Position numbers and translations under genes: made by a program | Part shown: positions 11,700 to 22,589 of the stretch, piece after piece | Layout: each line of letters starts with the position of its first letter | How positions within the stretch are numbered: the first letter of the stretch is position 1 | Notes under the pieces: generated by a model | Told to the model about the DNA's origin: nothing | The model's input: only the letters and a program-made list of their open reading frames with translations | Databases searched by the model: none | Source: Heterodontus francisci | Taxonomy: Eukaryota | Direction: 5' to 3' | DNA: 64,000 nucleotides | Assembly: GCF_036365525.1 (NCBI RefSeq) | Contig: NC_090383.1 | Span: forward strand, 119,476,531 to 119,540,530

Positions 11700-12900
11700 A
11701 GAGGACCAAGGGGCAGGAAAGACATGAAGGCTGTACCCTCTGCATAGGATCTATCACAGAACAAGGAGCTACCTGGAGATGTCGGAGACCCAGTGCCACG
11801 GGAGACTGCAACTCTCCAGACAGATGGTCACAGATATCTGTGTCCTCATCACTGAAGACCTCGCACCTCACAGCACTGATCACAATGTCCTGCCAGTAGC
11901 CATCAAAGTAACTGTGGCCTTGAACTTCTTCGCTTTTGTCTCCTTCCAATGATCAGCTGTGGACCTTGGTGGCATCTCGCAAACAGCTGCACACCACTGC
12001 ATCTCGCAGGTCACTGATGCCCTTTTTACCAGAGCTGGACAATACATTCATTTTACGACAGACACAGCCTCGCAGGGACAAGGGCAGTGGGTTTCGCCGC
12101 CATCGCTGGATTCCTCCAGGTGCAGGATGTCATCAATTGAAGCCATGAGGCCATCAAGGCACCCAGTGACCAGCCAGTGAGATTCATCAACAGGAACAGT
12201 TTGCACTCCCTCAACGTTCAGCTGGTCTGCGACCACAACAAGAGCTTCGCCCTGTGTGTTCTCACTTTCCTGACAGCTGCCATATCTCCTTCATCCTCTC
12301 GCAGTACAGGCTGCTGCAAATCTTCACTCTAGCCCCCAAGCTATGTGGATGGATCCTAGGGGACAAGAGACATCCCTTGATGAGATGGCTACTGACCCCT
12401 CTAGGCGAACTCCAGACAGGAGCAAAAGGCAACACAATCAAAGCCAACTGCTGTTGAAGTAGAAGATCAGCCATGATCTCATTGAATGGGGAGCAGGCTC
12501 AAAGGGCTGAATGGCCTACTCCTGCTCCTATTTCTTGTGTCCTTGTCTGTTCTCAACAGGACCACCATTGACATTGAACATGACATCAGGCTTCTCAAAA
12601 TGCAATTCTAGTGCCTGGACCAGTTGGGTGGTGGCCTCCTGCGAGGGTCTTGGCTATTGTTGTGGTCTGCAGTGCCCTCTATAACATGGTCCTCCACAGA
12701 TATGTGGACCTTGAGGACAGTGAGGCCCTGGAACCAGATAATTCAACAGAGGAAAAGGAGGAGCAGGAGGTGAAAGTGGAGGAGGAAATGGTGGTGCAGG
12801 GGGAGGATGTAGAATACCGAGGTGCCCTGGCTGCACAAGGAGGTGGGCATGGTGCGAGTGTGAAGGTTTTGTCAGGATGCCATGAATGTCAGGGATCATT
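11700..12900 (+). pseudogene. HARBI1-like DDE transposase, frameshifted
   Basis: Fragments LPVAIKVTVALNFFA, DLGGISQTAAHHCISQVTDAL, FINRNSLHSLNVQLVCDH, GWILGDKRHPLMRWLLTP, IVVVCSALYNM across different frames; stops present; a CR1 tail is inserted at ~12455-12545. Confidence 0.85.
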
Positions 12901-13149
12901 TGATTCAGGAATGTTTCAGCTGAGTCCCTCTGACCCGGGATGAAGGGCACGGGATGCAATGGACTGTGAGGTACCTGGTCCTAACACATCCACTGAAGAA
13001 CTGGCCTGGAACATCTGACCTCTGACTGCCAACGAAAGATACACATCTGTCCAGAGCCTTGGCCTCTCCTTGATCTCCTTCACTACCTCTTCACACTTTT
13101 TCTGTTACACTGCCAATAGAAGGGGTCTCAGATGTGTTCCTTGAATTGT

Positions 13150-14170
13150 GATTATTTATAAAATAACCAAGGGAAACAGTGATCAGAGACAGTTAGAAGA
13201 CACCCTCACTGACCCATTCAGTGCTGTGTGGAATGCGGTGGCCTTCACACTCGGCCACTCCTACATGGTGCTCCCCCTAGTGGCCTTAGAGAAGGTGCTG
13301 CAGCCTGCTCACTCACCTCTGCCTAAAGCTGAGATGCACGTGGTGCTCGTCCTCATCGTGGAGGTCCATGTGGGGGCATCTCCAGAGGCTGCTGCACCTC
13401 CATCGTTGCTGGGGCAGCCTCTGCCACTGGACTCTGCTATACAGAGGTTCCCACAGTCAGAGAAGCCAAGGAGGCCGATGATGATGAAGATGCCCTCACT
13501 CTCCTCCGTTATGCCCTCAGCCCTTGTCTGGCATTCCGGATGCCTGGAGGTGGACACCAGCTGGGGTGCAACTGGCATCCACTCCAGACATCACTGCCAC
13601 CAGTACCACTGAGCACTCCAGGCTACACAAAGTAGCATATATCCCAGGCAGACCAGTGCACTGCTCCTGCAACCACTCACAGTGATGCTGCATATGGCTT
13701 TCCACAAGGTTGGCCACTCTCTCTATGCAGGAGCTCATGCGCTCAATGTGCTGAGCCATTGTGATGCACATGAACTGGACGGACTCCTCAGCCCATGACC
13801 CCGCACTGCCTCAGGGAACTCTGACAGTGGAAGTACATCTCCTGTTGCTGTTCCAGGTAGACCCTCCTTTCCAGTGACTCCCGAGGGCCTGCATCTGTGC
13901 CAAGCTGAGCATGGCTAAGTGTGTCCTCCTTCTTCCAAGGGGAATGGCCCACAGCTGGCTATGCCTCTGGCAGCTCCTCCTGCACACATGCCATGCACCT
14001 CGCTCAGTGCCGCCCTATCTCGACATGAGCCAGGACCCACTGAGGTGAGAGTATCTGTACTGGTGGACGGTGTGTTTTCAGTTGTTTCGGGAGGTTCCAC
14101 TGGGGCTGCAGAGGGAGAGGGAAGGGATGTCCTGAGATGGATGCCTGCACCTGTGGGAGACACTAGGACA
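13150..14170 (-). pseudogene. Remnant of the Harbinger second (Myb/SANT-like) gene, C-terminal part
   Basis: S/T/P-rich linker (TPSTSTDTLTSVG) and helical segment (MAQHIERMSSCIERVANLVE), convergent with the transposase inside the TIRs. The Myb domain itself was not seen. Confidence 0.5.
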
Positions 14171-15657
14171 TATCATGAGAACCAGCCTAGGACAACAGAA
14201 GCCACTGCAGTGCTGAGGCTATCCAATGCACCTCAGTGCTCGGCATGCTACTGGATAGGGTGATGTTCACTGCAGCCCTCCTAATGTGTGCTTTGCCCTC
14301 TGTAATCACTGTCACACATATCGGAGATGTAATAATACAGCATCCACAAAGTAACTCTGACAAGTTTTAAAAAAAGAGACTTTGCCTTTAAAAAATGAAC
14401 CTTTTTTTAAAAAAGTGAACAATGGTCCAAAATGGGCTCCAAAGAAAAGGGAATTAACTTTTGTATATTCAAATCGTCTGACAAAGACTCAGCACAAATC
14501 TTCAAAGCCAAAAGGCATTATTGAAAACTATTTCACATCTATCCTATAAACATTCCAAATTCAATGTCTTCTTCTAAAACAAAGGAAGTGTGATGTCACC
14601 ACCTCCTGGGCCATTGTGCGATCACCATGGGAAGGAAGCCAGAAACTGGAGGTAAGAAGTGACAGTTTTACCTTTTAAGACAGCTAGAAAGAGAGACTTT
14701 AATCACTTCCCTCCTGGAGGCAGGTTTAGGACCTGGAAACAATCCCACCTTCCTTTTCTCGCTTCCATTCAGCCCAATGAAAATTCAGCCCAATGTCTCT
14801 AAACAGGCCATAGAGAGAAATAAACTCAATAATCCTGCTTTTTCTCTGGGTAGATATATAACCTTTCATTGTCTCTCTACACATTATGATGGAAAGCTCA
14901 GGATCTGTATAGGCCTCTGGTCACACATACTATCCAAGATGATTCTTGGAAGTAGTTCCTAGAAAACACCAGATGCTAACTTGTTTACCATGAAGCATGT
15001 AACTAATCATCTTTGCCCATTGTCCTGTTTCCTATCTCAAGACTATCTCGATTCCCAATGTATTGACAAAACAAAGTTGACAGGGACGACTCATACACCC
15101 TGTACCAGCGGTGAAGACGGGCGTCAATTTAAAATGTCAAAACTGAGTTTGATAGAGTTTTGCTCAATAAGGGTATTAAGGGATATGGCACTAAGGCAGA
15201 TCAATGGAATAGAGGTACAGATCCACCGTGATCTAATTGAATGGCAGACCAGGCTGGAGGGGCTGAATGGCCTCTTGTTCCTATGCTGCTGTAGTAATAA
15301 TAATTGTTCAATTTCATCAAGATTGGTGTGACCTTGTGATTCTTGTATCCAAACAACAATGAATAGTTGTTTAAAAAAATTGCAGACAGCTGTTGTTGAA
15401 CTTCAATGCTGGTATTGAACAAACAATAGGAAAAAGTGGGCTGTACAATTGTTTGGAAGATCCATTGAAAGGTCTCTTCCCATTTTATAATGTGAATTCA
15501 TACTCAATATTAAGAGGATTCTGACAGTAACATGGTGAATTTTAGGACCCAGCGGAAATGCATGACAGTTGGGACGCGGGGGAGCTGCCCTTCCACTTGC
15601 CTTGCATTTCCTGGTGTAAATGGTGGCTTTTGCTGCAAACTCTTACTGATCCTTGCG

Positions 15658-15878
15658 ATGCCGCCCGCTGTACAGCGGAGCTGCAGAATCTGCGGCTGCT
15701 TCCTGGCCCTGATCTGGGCCCAGCTGTCAATCAGCCCCAGCTGTCAATCAATGTCAGCTCCGACCTGGGACTCGATCGACTCGCGGCCGCTGCCCTCCTG
15801 GTTTGACCAAGCCAAGTTTGGGATCTTCCTTCACTGGGGAGTGTTTTCAGTGCCCAGTTTCGGCAGTGAATGGTTCTG
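15658..15878 (+). CDS. FUCA2: Alpha-L-fucosidase 2 (GH29), exon 1
   Basis: Signal-peptide-like N-terminus, then [40 protein letters not shown]; donor TG|GTGAGT. In-frame ATGs also exist at 15532 and 15559. Confidence 0.93.
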
Positions 15879-16056
15879 GTGAGTTTCCAGCACCTTGAAA
15901 CGAAGACCAAACACATCCCCATGTATCGAAAGATTTCATAAAGTGAACACTCTTCATAAGTAATAGTTTGTTCTTCCCTCCCGCAAATCTTCCTCTGTCA
16001 CCTCGGTTATTTACATGATATTCTGTTACAGTCTGTCGTTAGATTTGTATTTCACG

Positions 16057-17330
16057 CTGGTCACTCAATGTAATCCAGGCTTGGCCAGTGGTCACTCAAT
16101 GTGATCCAGGCTTGGCCAGTGGTCACTCAATGTGGTCCAGCCTTGGCCGCTGGCCACTCGATGTGGTCCAGGCTTGGCCAGTGTCACTCAATGTGGTCCA
16201 GCCTTGGCCGCTGGTCACTCAATGTGGTCCAGGCTTGGCCAGTGGTCACTCAATGTAATCCAGGCTTGGCCAGTGGTCACTCAATGTGATCCAGGCTTGG
16301 CCAGTGGTCACTCAATGTAATCCAGCCTTGGCCAGTGGTCACTCAATGTGATCCAGGCTTGGCCAGTGGTCACTCAATGTGATCCAGGCTTGGCCACTGG
16401 TCACTCGATGTGATCCAGGCTTGGCCGCTGGTCACTCGATGTGATCCAGGCTTGGCCACTGGTCACTCAATGTGATCCAGGCTTGGCCACTGGTCACTCA
16501 ATGTGATCCAGGCTTGGCCGCTGGTCACTCAATGTGATCCAGGCTTGGCCACTGGTCACTCGATGTGATCCAGGCTTGGCCACTGGTCACTCAATGTGAT
16601 CCAGGCTTGGCCGCTGGTCACTCAATGTGATCCAGGCTTGGCCGCTGGTCACTCAATGTGATCCAGGCTTGGCCAGTGGTCACTCAATGTAATCCAGGCT
16701 TGGCCGCTGGTCACTCAATGTGATCCAGGCTTGGCCGCTGGTCACTCAATGTGATCCAGGCTTGGCCACTGGTCACTCAATGTAATCCAGGCTTGGCCGC
16801 TGGTCACTCAATGTGATCCAGGCTTGGCCAGTGGTCACTCAATGTGGTCCAGCCTTGGCCGCTGGCCACTCGATGTGGTCCAGGCTTGGCTAGTGGTCAC
16901 TCAATGTGGTCCAGGCTTGGCCGCTGGTCACTCAATGTGGTTCAGCCTTGGCCGCTGGTCACTCAATGTGGTCCAGGCTTGGCCAGTGGTCACTCAATGT
17001 GGTCCAGCCTTGGCCGCTGGTCACTCAATGTGGTCCAGGCTTGGCCGCTGGTCACTCAATGTGATCCAGGCTTGGCCAGTGGTCACTCAATGTGGTCCAG
17101 CCTTGGCCGCTGGCCACTCGATGTGGTCCAGGCTTGGCCAGTGTCACTCATTGTGGTCCAGCCTTGGCCGCTGGTCACTCAATGTGGTCCAGGCTTGGCC
17201 AGTGGTCACTCAATGTAATCCAGGCTTGGCCAGTGGTCACTCAATGTAATCCAGGCTTGGCCAGTGGTCACTCAATGTGATCCAGCCTTGGCCGCTGGTC
17301 ACTCGATGTGATCCAGGATTGGCCGCTGGT
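16057..17330. repeat. Minisatellite, 31-bp unit GGTCACTCAATGTGATCCAGGCTTGGCCAGT, ~41 copies
   Basis: Visible tandem array in FUCA2 intron 1. Confidence 0.97.
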
Positions 17331-17374
17331 GATTCTCTTTTCAGAGACTGTAAGCAGAAATCATTAATAATATA

Positions 17375-17508
17375 AAAGCAAAATATTACAAATGCTAGAA
17401 ATCTGAAATAAAAACAGAAAATGCTGGAAATACTCAGCAGGTCTGGCAGCATCTGTGGAGAGAGAAACAGAGTTAACGTTTCAGGTCAGTGACCTTTCAT
17501 CAGAACTG
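17375..17508 (-). mobile_element. Penelope-like pLTR fragment
   Basis: Same sequence as 6462-6590 and reverse complement of the Penelope tail. Confidence 0.75.
17471..17508 (-). ncRNA. Minimal type-I hammerhead ribozyme motif
   Basis: - strand reads CAGUU-CUGAUGA-A-AGGUC(ACU)GACCU-GAAA-C-GUU-AACU: intact core, stem II hairpin, palindromic stem III, 4-bp stem I. Confidence 0.7.
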
Positions 17509-17571
17509 ATTACACTGATTACAGTCTCTGGTGTGATTACAGACACGTGGTTTATTTGTGTGTTTTTTTAG

Positions 17572-17759
17572 GTATTACTGGCAGAAACAGAGACTGAAAC
17601 CTTACGTCGAGTTTATGGAAAGAAACTATCGTCCTGGATTTACGTACACGGACTTTGCTCCCATGTTCTCTGCTACCTTCTTCGATGCAGCAGAATGGGC
17701 CGACCTCCTGAACGCCTCAGGAGCTAAGTATGTCGTTCTAACAACCAAACACCATGAAG
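17572..17759 (+). CDS. FUCA2: FUCA2 exon 2 (188 bp)
   Basis: TTTTTTAG|G acceptor; [22 protein letters not shown]; donor G|GTAACC; phases consistent. Confidence 0.97.
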
Positions 17760-18409
17760 GTAACCGGCTCCTTGAAACACTGGCTTTAGTTCCATCACCG
17801 TGCTATACAAACCACCAATAAAACGGAGCACATTGAATAGAGATTGGCAGGGAAGGTGTGAGTATGAGATGGCACACTGGTTAATTCTCAATCCTGCATC
17901 TTCAGTAAGAAATTACTTTTCATTTTGTCCATGAGATCATCCTGATAAAGGGACCCATTTTAAAGTGGGCACAGGAATAGCAAGGCCTCCAGCTATCCTC
18001 CATTTCCTGCTGGTTTCAGAGGAGGAACTGACCAGGGCGGAGCAGATGAAGGTGGGGGGGGGGGGACATCAGTATTGGCCGGATTACACTCCTCCCGAGG
18101 TCAGAGGTCGGGGCAGTTGGACCTCACCTCAGCTCCTGCCCAACCAGTTCCCGCTCCCAGTTAAATCCAGGACTGTAACAGGTTTAAAGGACTTTAAGGG
18201 CTCCAAGTTGGCTTTATAGGACCAGGAGGAAGCCAGTCTGGAGATACACGTCCCTGGGGAAAAAATATAACTTTTTCATTAAAGAAACAATGCATTCTGC
18301 TTCAGTTGAAGCTCTTTTTAAGATTCTTCAATTCTCTGATTTTTGTAAAATAAAAATTAGATTTTGAACAGGCCATCATTTCGCCAAGAGTTACCTCAAC
18401 AGGTACTTG

Positions 18410-18625
18410 CCTCTGCTCCCTCAGTCCCTCTAATATCATTCACCTCTCCTCCCTCCAACATCACTGACCTCTACTCCCTCAGTCCCTCTAATATCACTCA
18501 CCTCTCCTCCCTCCAACATCACTGACCTCTCCTCCCTCTGTCCCTCCAATATCACTCACCTCTGCTCTCTCCCTCCAACATCACTGACCTCTACTCCCTC
18601 TGTCCCTCCATCACTAATTCTTCCC
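18410..18625. repeat. Pyrimidine-rich degenerate tandem repeat (~30/60-bp period)
   Basis: Recurring CTCCCTCCAACATCACTGACCTCT / CCCTCTAATATCACTCACCTCT. Confidence 0.7.
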
Positions 18626-19014
18626 TCTCTCTCCCTTCAATTTCACTGAGAATCTACTGCCATCCCCTCACTTCAAGCTCACACTCTTTTCCCCTACCCC
18701 CACCCCAGTACTCTCTCTCCTTCTATCCTCTGATCTCATGTTGGTCCTCTCCCTCCTCCCCCACCACAATGCCACTTCCAGTTTTTGCCCCATCTCCCTT
18801 CCTTTTATTACTGTCTATTGCCTCTCTTTCCTCTATTGCCATCCATTTCACTTTCATTGTTTTCTCTCTCCACTAGTTCCCCATTCCACCCTGCACCTCC
18901 CTGAGTGGCTGCTAATGTACTCAACTGAATCCCTACTCCTAAGAGCAGGAATTTTTGACAGGATCTCACAAGAGTTTCCATCAACGTGACAGAGTGACTG
19001 CAGTTCCACCAATT

Positions 19015-19355
19015 TTCTTTAAATTTGTTTATGGGATGTGGGCGTTGCTGGCTAGGCCAGCATTTATTGCCCTTGAACTGAGTGGCTTGGTTAAGAGTCA
19101 ACCACATTGTTGTGGGTCTGGAGTCACACGTAGGCCAGGCCAGGTAAGGACGGCAGATTTCCTTCCTTAAAGGACACCAGTGAACCAGATGGGTTTTTAC
19201 AACAATCAACAATTGTTTCATTTAATTCCAGATTTATTAATTGAATTCAAATTTTACTGGCTGCTCTGGTGGGATTTGAACCCATGTCCCCAGAGTATTA
19301 GCCTGGGGCTCTGGTGTACTAGTCTAGTGATATTACCACTACACTACCACCTCCC
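19015..19355 (-). mobile_element. tRNA-derived SINE (same family as 7655-8080)
   Basis: Reverse-complement similarity including the B-box-like GGGTTCAAATCCC. Confidence 0.7.
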
Positions 19356-20045
19356 CTTAGGTTGTTATTAGGAGTGGCACTGAGACGGTAGAGGAATTCA
19401 AAGCCCAGCTGTCAGTGTCAAATCATTGCTATTTACATGACACTAGACTATGACCAGTAGAAGTGTTTCTTACCTCAGCACTGATATTGCTTACTCTGAT
19501 CAGCGCAAAGCCTTTCGCACCTTGCAAAGAAATTATAAGGGCTAATTTTCCCATGTACTCATATTCTCCAACTCCTGATGCACTTTGTGAGTTGGTTCCA
19601 TTTATATAGAACGAGAAGTCAAAACATGGAAATGTGACATTCAGTCCCTCTTGTTCGTGTCAATGTTAATCCTCCATGAGTAAATAGTAATAATCAAATT
19701 TACCTGCCCTGTTCCCAAATCTCTTCCTCCCCCTTTCCAAACTAATCACGAATATTGTTTCTGCCACAAACATTAACTCCAGGACTGAACCCACAGCCTC
19801 ACAACTCTGTGAAGGAGTTCCTCCTGGCCTCTGTTCAAAATCTCTTGCATTTCATCGATGAGCTATTTGGGCAAACTCAGTTTGTTTTTTTCTAAGAAAA
19901 ACAGTGATAATAATCATGATTCTTTGTAATAAAAACAGAAAGTGTTGGAAATACTCAGCAGGTCTAACAGCATCTGTGGAGAGAGAAACCGAGTTAACGT
20001 TTCAGGTCATTGACTTTATTAATGATTCTTTATATGATTGCCTAG

Positions 20046-20385
20046 GCTTTACACTCTGGGGATCAAAGTACTCGTGGAATTGGAATGCGATTGACACGGG
20101 TCCTCACCGTGACCTTGTAGGGGAGCTGGCAGTCGCTGTTCGAAACAGGACAAAGCTGAGATTTGGCCTGTACCATTCTCTCTTTGAATGGTTTAACCCT
20201 GCCTTTTTGGAAGATGCTGCCAACGAGTTTACAACTAACAAGTTCCCTACAACAAAGAGCTTGCCTGAACTGTATGAAATCGTCAACAAATACCGGCCGG
20301 AAATCCTGTGGTCCGATGGGGATGGAAATGCGCCTGACACCTACTGGAACAGCACTGGCTTCCTGGATTGGCTCTATAACCTGAG
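20046..20385 (+). CDS. FUCA2: FUCA2 exon 3 (340 bp), contains the catalytic nucleophile Asp (WSDGDG)
   Basis: [17 protein letters not shown] (FUCA2-type rather than FUCA1 FTNWPS); TAG|G acceptor, AG|GTACT donor. Confidence 0.97.
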
Positions 20386-20914
20386 GTACTGCTCTGTCTG
20401 TGTAGGTGAATGTCTGGCACAGGTTTTAACTCCCCTCACCTGTTGTAAACTAGACAGGGGCAGGCAGTTAAAGTAAGGGTAGCGACTACCCCTCCCCCTC
20501 ACCCTCACCCCTGATCCTGCCAGCTTCCCCCCCCCTCAATCCCACTGCCTTTCCCCTGGTTCCCCTGGCTATCCCCCCCCACTGCCCTCGATCCCACTGC
20601 CTATGCCCCTGATCCCACTTCCTATCCCCCCCCAGCTCCCATCCCCCTCCGATCCTACTCCTTTTCCCCTCCAATCGCATTGCCGTCCTGTCCTGTCCTG
20701 TCCTGATACTAATCTGCACTTTTGATTATCTCAGTTATTTCATGGGAAGACTGAGTGAGGGAACAGTGATGGTTCTCTGGAGCCTCCCTTGCCCTGGGCT
20801 TGACAGCACAGTCAAGACTGAGATCAGCCTGTCGCCCATGAGCCAGACTCCTCGGGTGTGCCTCCCTTTACCGGGCTCGTGCCCACCATGACCTATTTAA
20901 AATCTAGGGCCTAA

Positions 20915-21450
20915 AATGTTGGCATCCTTCCATCTATGAAAGATGATGGACATGCAGCAAACAATCCAGTTAGGTGGGGTGTCTTCTCTTGATGCACCTT
21001 TGCTGATGGCTGTGAAGACCAATCCTTGAGAGGCAGGTTCTGCCACAAATGCTGCACGTGAAGCTGCCAGGTGACCCTGTGAGTTGTTGTTTTTGATTTT
21101 GGCTCCTGTTGCCAAGCTGCTGTAGCAACTGGTCATCGTGGTAGTGCAGACCAGTCCACAGGATGTGTCGCCATTTCCCTCTTTCGCCAACGAGTGACTC
21201 CCAAGTACGATAGTCAATATTTAGGGCCTTCAGGTCATCCTTGAAACAGAGCTTTGGGTGCCCACTGTCTGGCCCCGGCTACCTCACCATACAGGAGGGC
21301 CTTGGGTATGTGACCCCCGTCTTCCATCCTGTGGACATATCCAATTCACCGAAGCCACCTTTGATTAGTGCCAACATACTTGGGAGCTCTGCCTTTGAGA
21401 GGACTGCCACATTTGTGACTTTGTCCTGCCAGGATATGTCTGTGGGTATG
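20915..21450 (-). mobile_element. Degraded RTE-like LINE 3' fragment
   Basis: - strand remnants resemble the end of the RTE ORF at 42518-43525 (Cys/His-like segment near the tail); heavily decayed. Confidence 0.45.
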
Positions 21451-22251
21451 ACGCACCACAATAAGGTACAGCTGGAGTTAACTCTTAACAGGAACACATC
21501 ACAAAATAATTCACAGATTGCCAGCAATATGTCAATATTCATCTATGGGGAAATCTGAAAAAAGCTTGTTGCAAGAGAATTGGATTAAACAGCGGGAGGT
21601 TCACTGTTTTGGTTCAAAATACTTTATTTCTTCTGAATAACATCACTTCACATTTGCTGTTATTTTTGGGGTGTCTATTTGCCAGAGCGCAGTTTCTGAT
21701 ATTAACTGCACTCTTGTTCCAAGGTTGTAACTGGACTCTGCAGCTGACACCCTAACCCGCCCTCTGCTCCATTTCAGGGGACCCAGCACTCACCTCTGCT
21801 GCTGCCATTGCGGTCCCCGCAATGTGCTTGGCAGTGCAGAGGTGCTGCGACTGGACTAGCAACCCAAGGCCTGGGATAATGACCCAGAGAACTGTAGTTC
21901 TGTTTAAAAAAAATAGAATCATAGAATAGTACAGCACAGAAGGATGCCATTCAGCCCATCGAGTCCATCTGTTCTGGCTATTTTGCACAGCAATCCAGTT
22001 AGTCCCACTCCTCCCCTCTTCCCCCCCTTCTTCCCCACATTCCTGCAATGCTTTCTCCTTCAAGTCTTTATCCCATTCCATCGAGAGATCAGAATCTGGT
22101 GCCAGTAAATGTGTCCCTGAAGCTGTTGGACTGTTGTAAAAACACAATTGGTTCACGCATGTCCTTTTTTGGGGGGACCAAGACTGTACATAAGAGGTCT
22201 GAACCCCTCAATTATACACAGCTAAGCTTCACTCTGTTATTGTCATTTCAG

Positions 22252-22462
22252 CCCAGTGGGGAAGACGGTTGTAACCAATGACCGCTGGGGTTATGGCACA
22301 ATCTGTAAACATGGCGGCTACTACACATGTGCCGATCGGTACAGCCCAGGCCACCTCCTGGCCCACAAGTGGGAGAATTGCATGACCATAGACAGAAAAT
22401 CCTGGGGATACAGGAGAGAGGCAAAGCTCAGCGATTATCTTTCAATAGAACAACTGGTAAAG
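22252..22462 (+). CDS. FUCA2: FUCA2 exon 4 (211 bp)
   Basis: [30 protein letters not shown]; TTTCAG|C acceptor, AAG|GTAAAA donor. Confidence 0.97.
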
Positions 22463-22589
22463 GTAAAACATGTCTATTTGACAAGCTTGCTGTCTCTATC
22501 TGTCTCTCTCTGTTTCTGTCTGTCTTGTTTGTCTATCTGCAAAGATAAAACATATCTATCTATCTATCTGGAGTGGTAACCTTGATTCT

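Larger units (their letters stand above)
11205..14791. mobile_element. Decayed two-gene PIF/Harbinger DNA transposon
   Basis: TIRs AGGCTGAATCTT (11205) and AAAATTCAGCCC (ending 14791), AAT on both flanks (3-bp TSD); transposase remnants on + and a convergent second gene on -. Confidence 0.85.

Noticed and set aside
11700-12900. Domesticated HARBI1 gene
   Set aside because: Multiple stops and frameshifts, an inserted CR1 tail, and retained TIRs/TSD indicate a dead transposon copy.
16057-17330. 31-bp repeats as a CRISPR array or coding repeats
   Set aside because: Head-to-tail units with no unique spacers; ORFs are frame-rotating artefacts.
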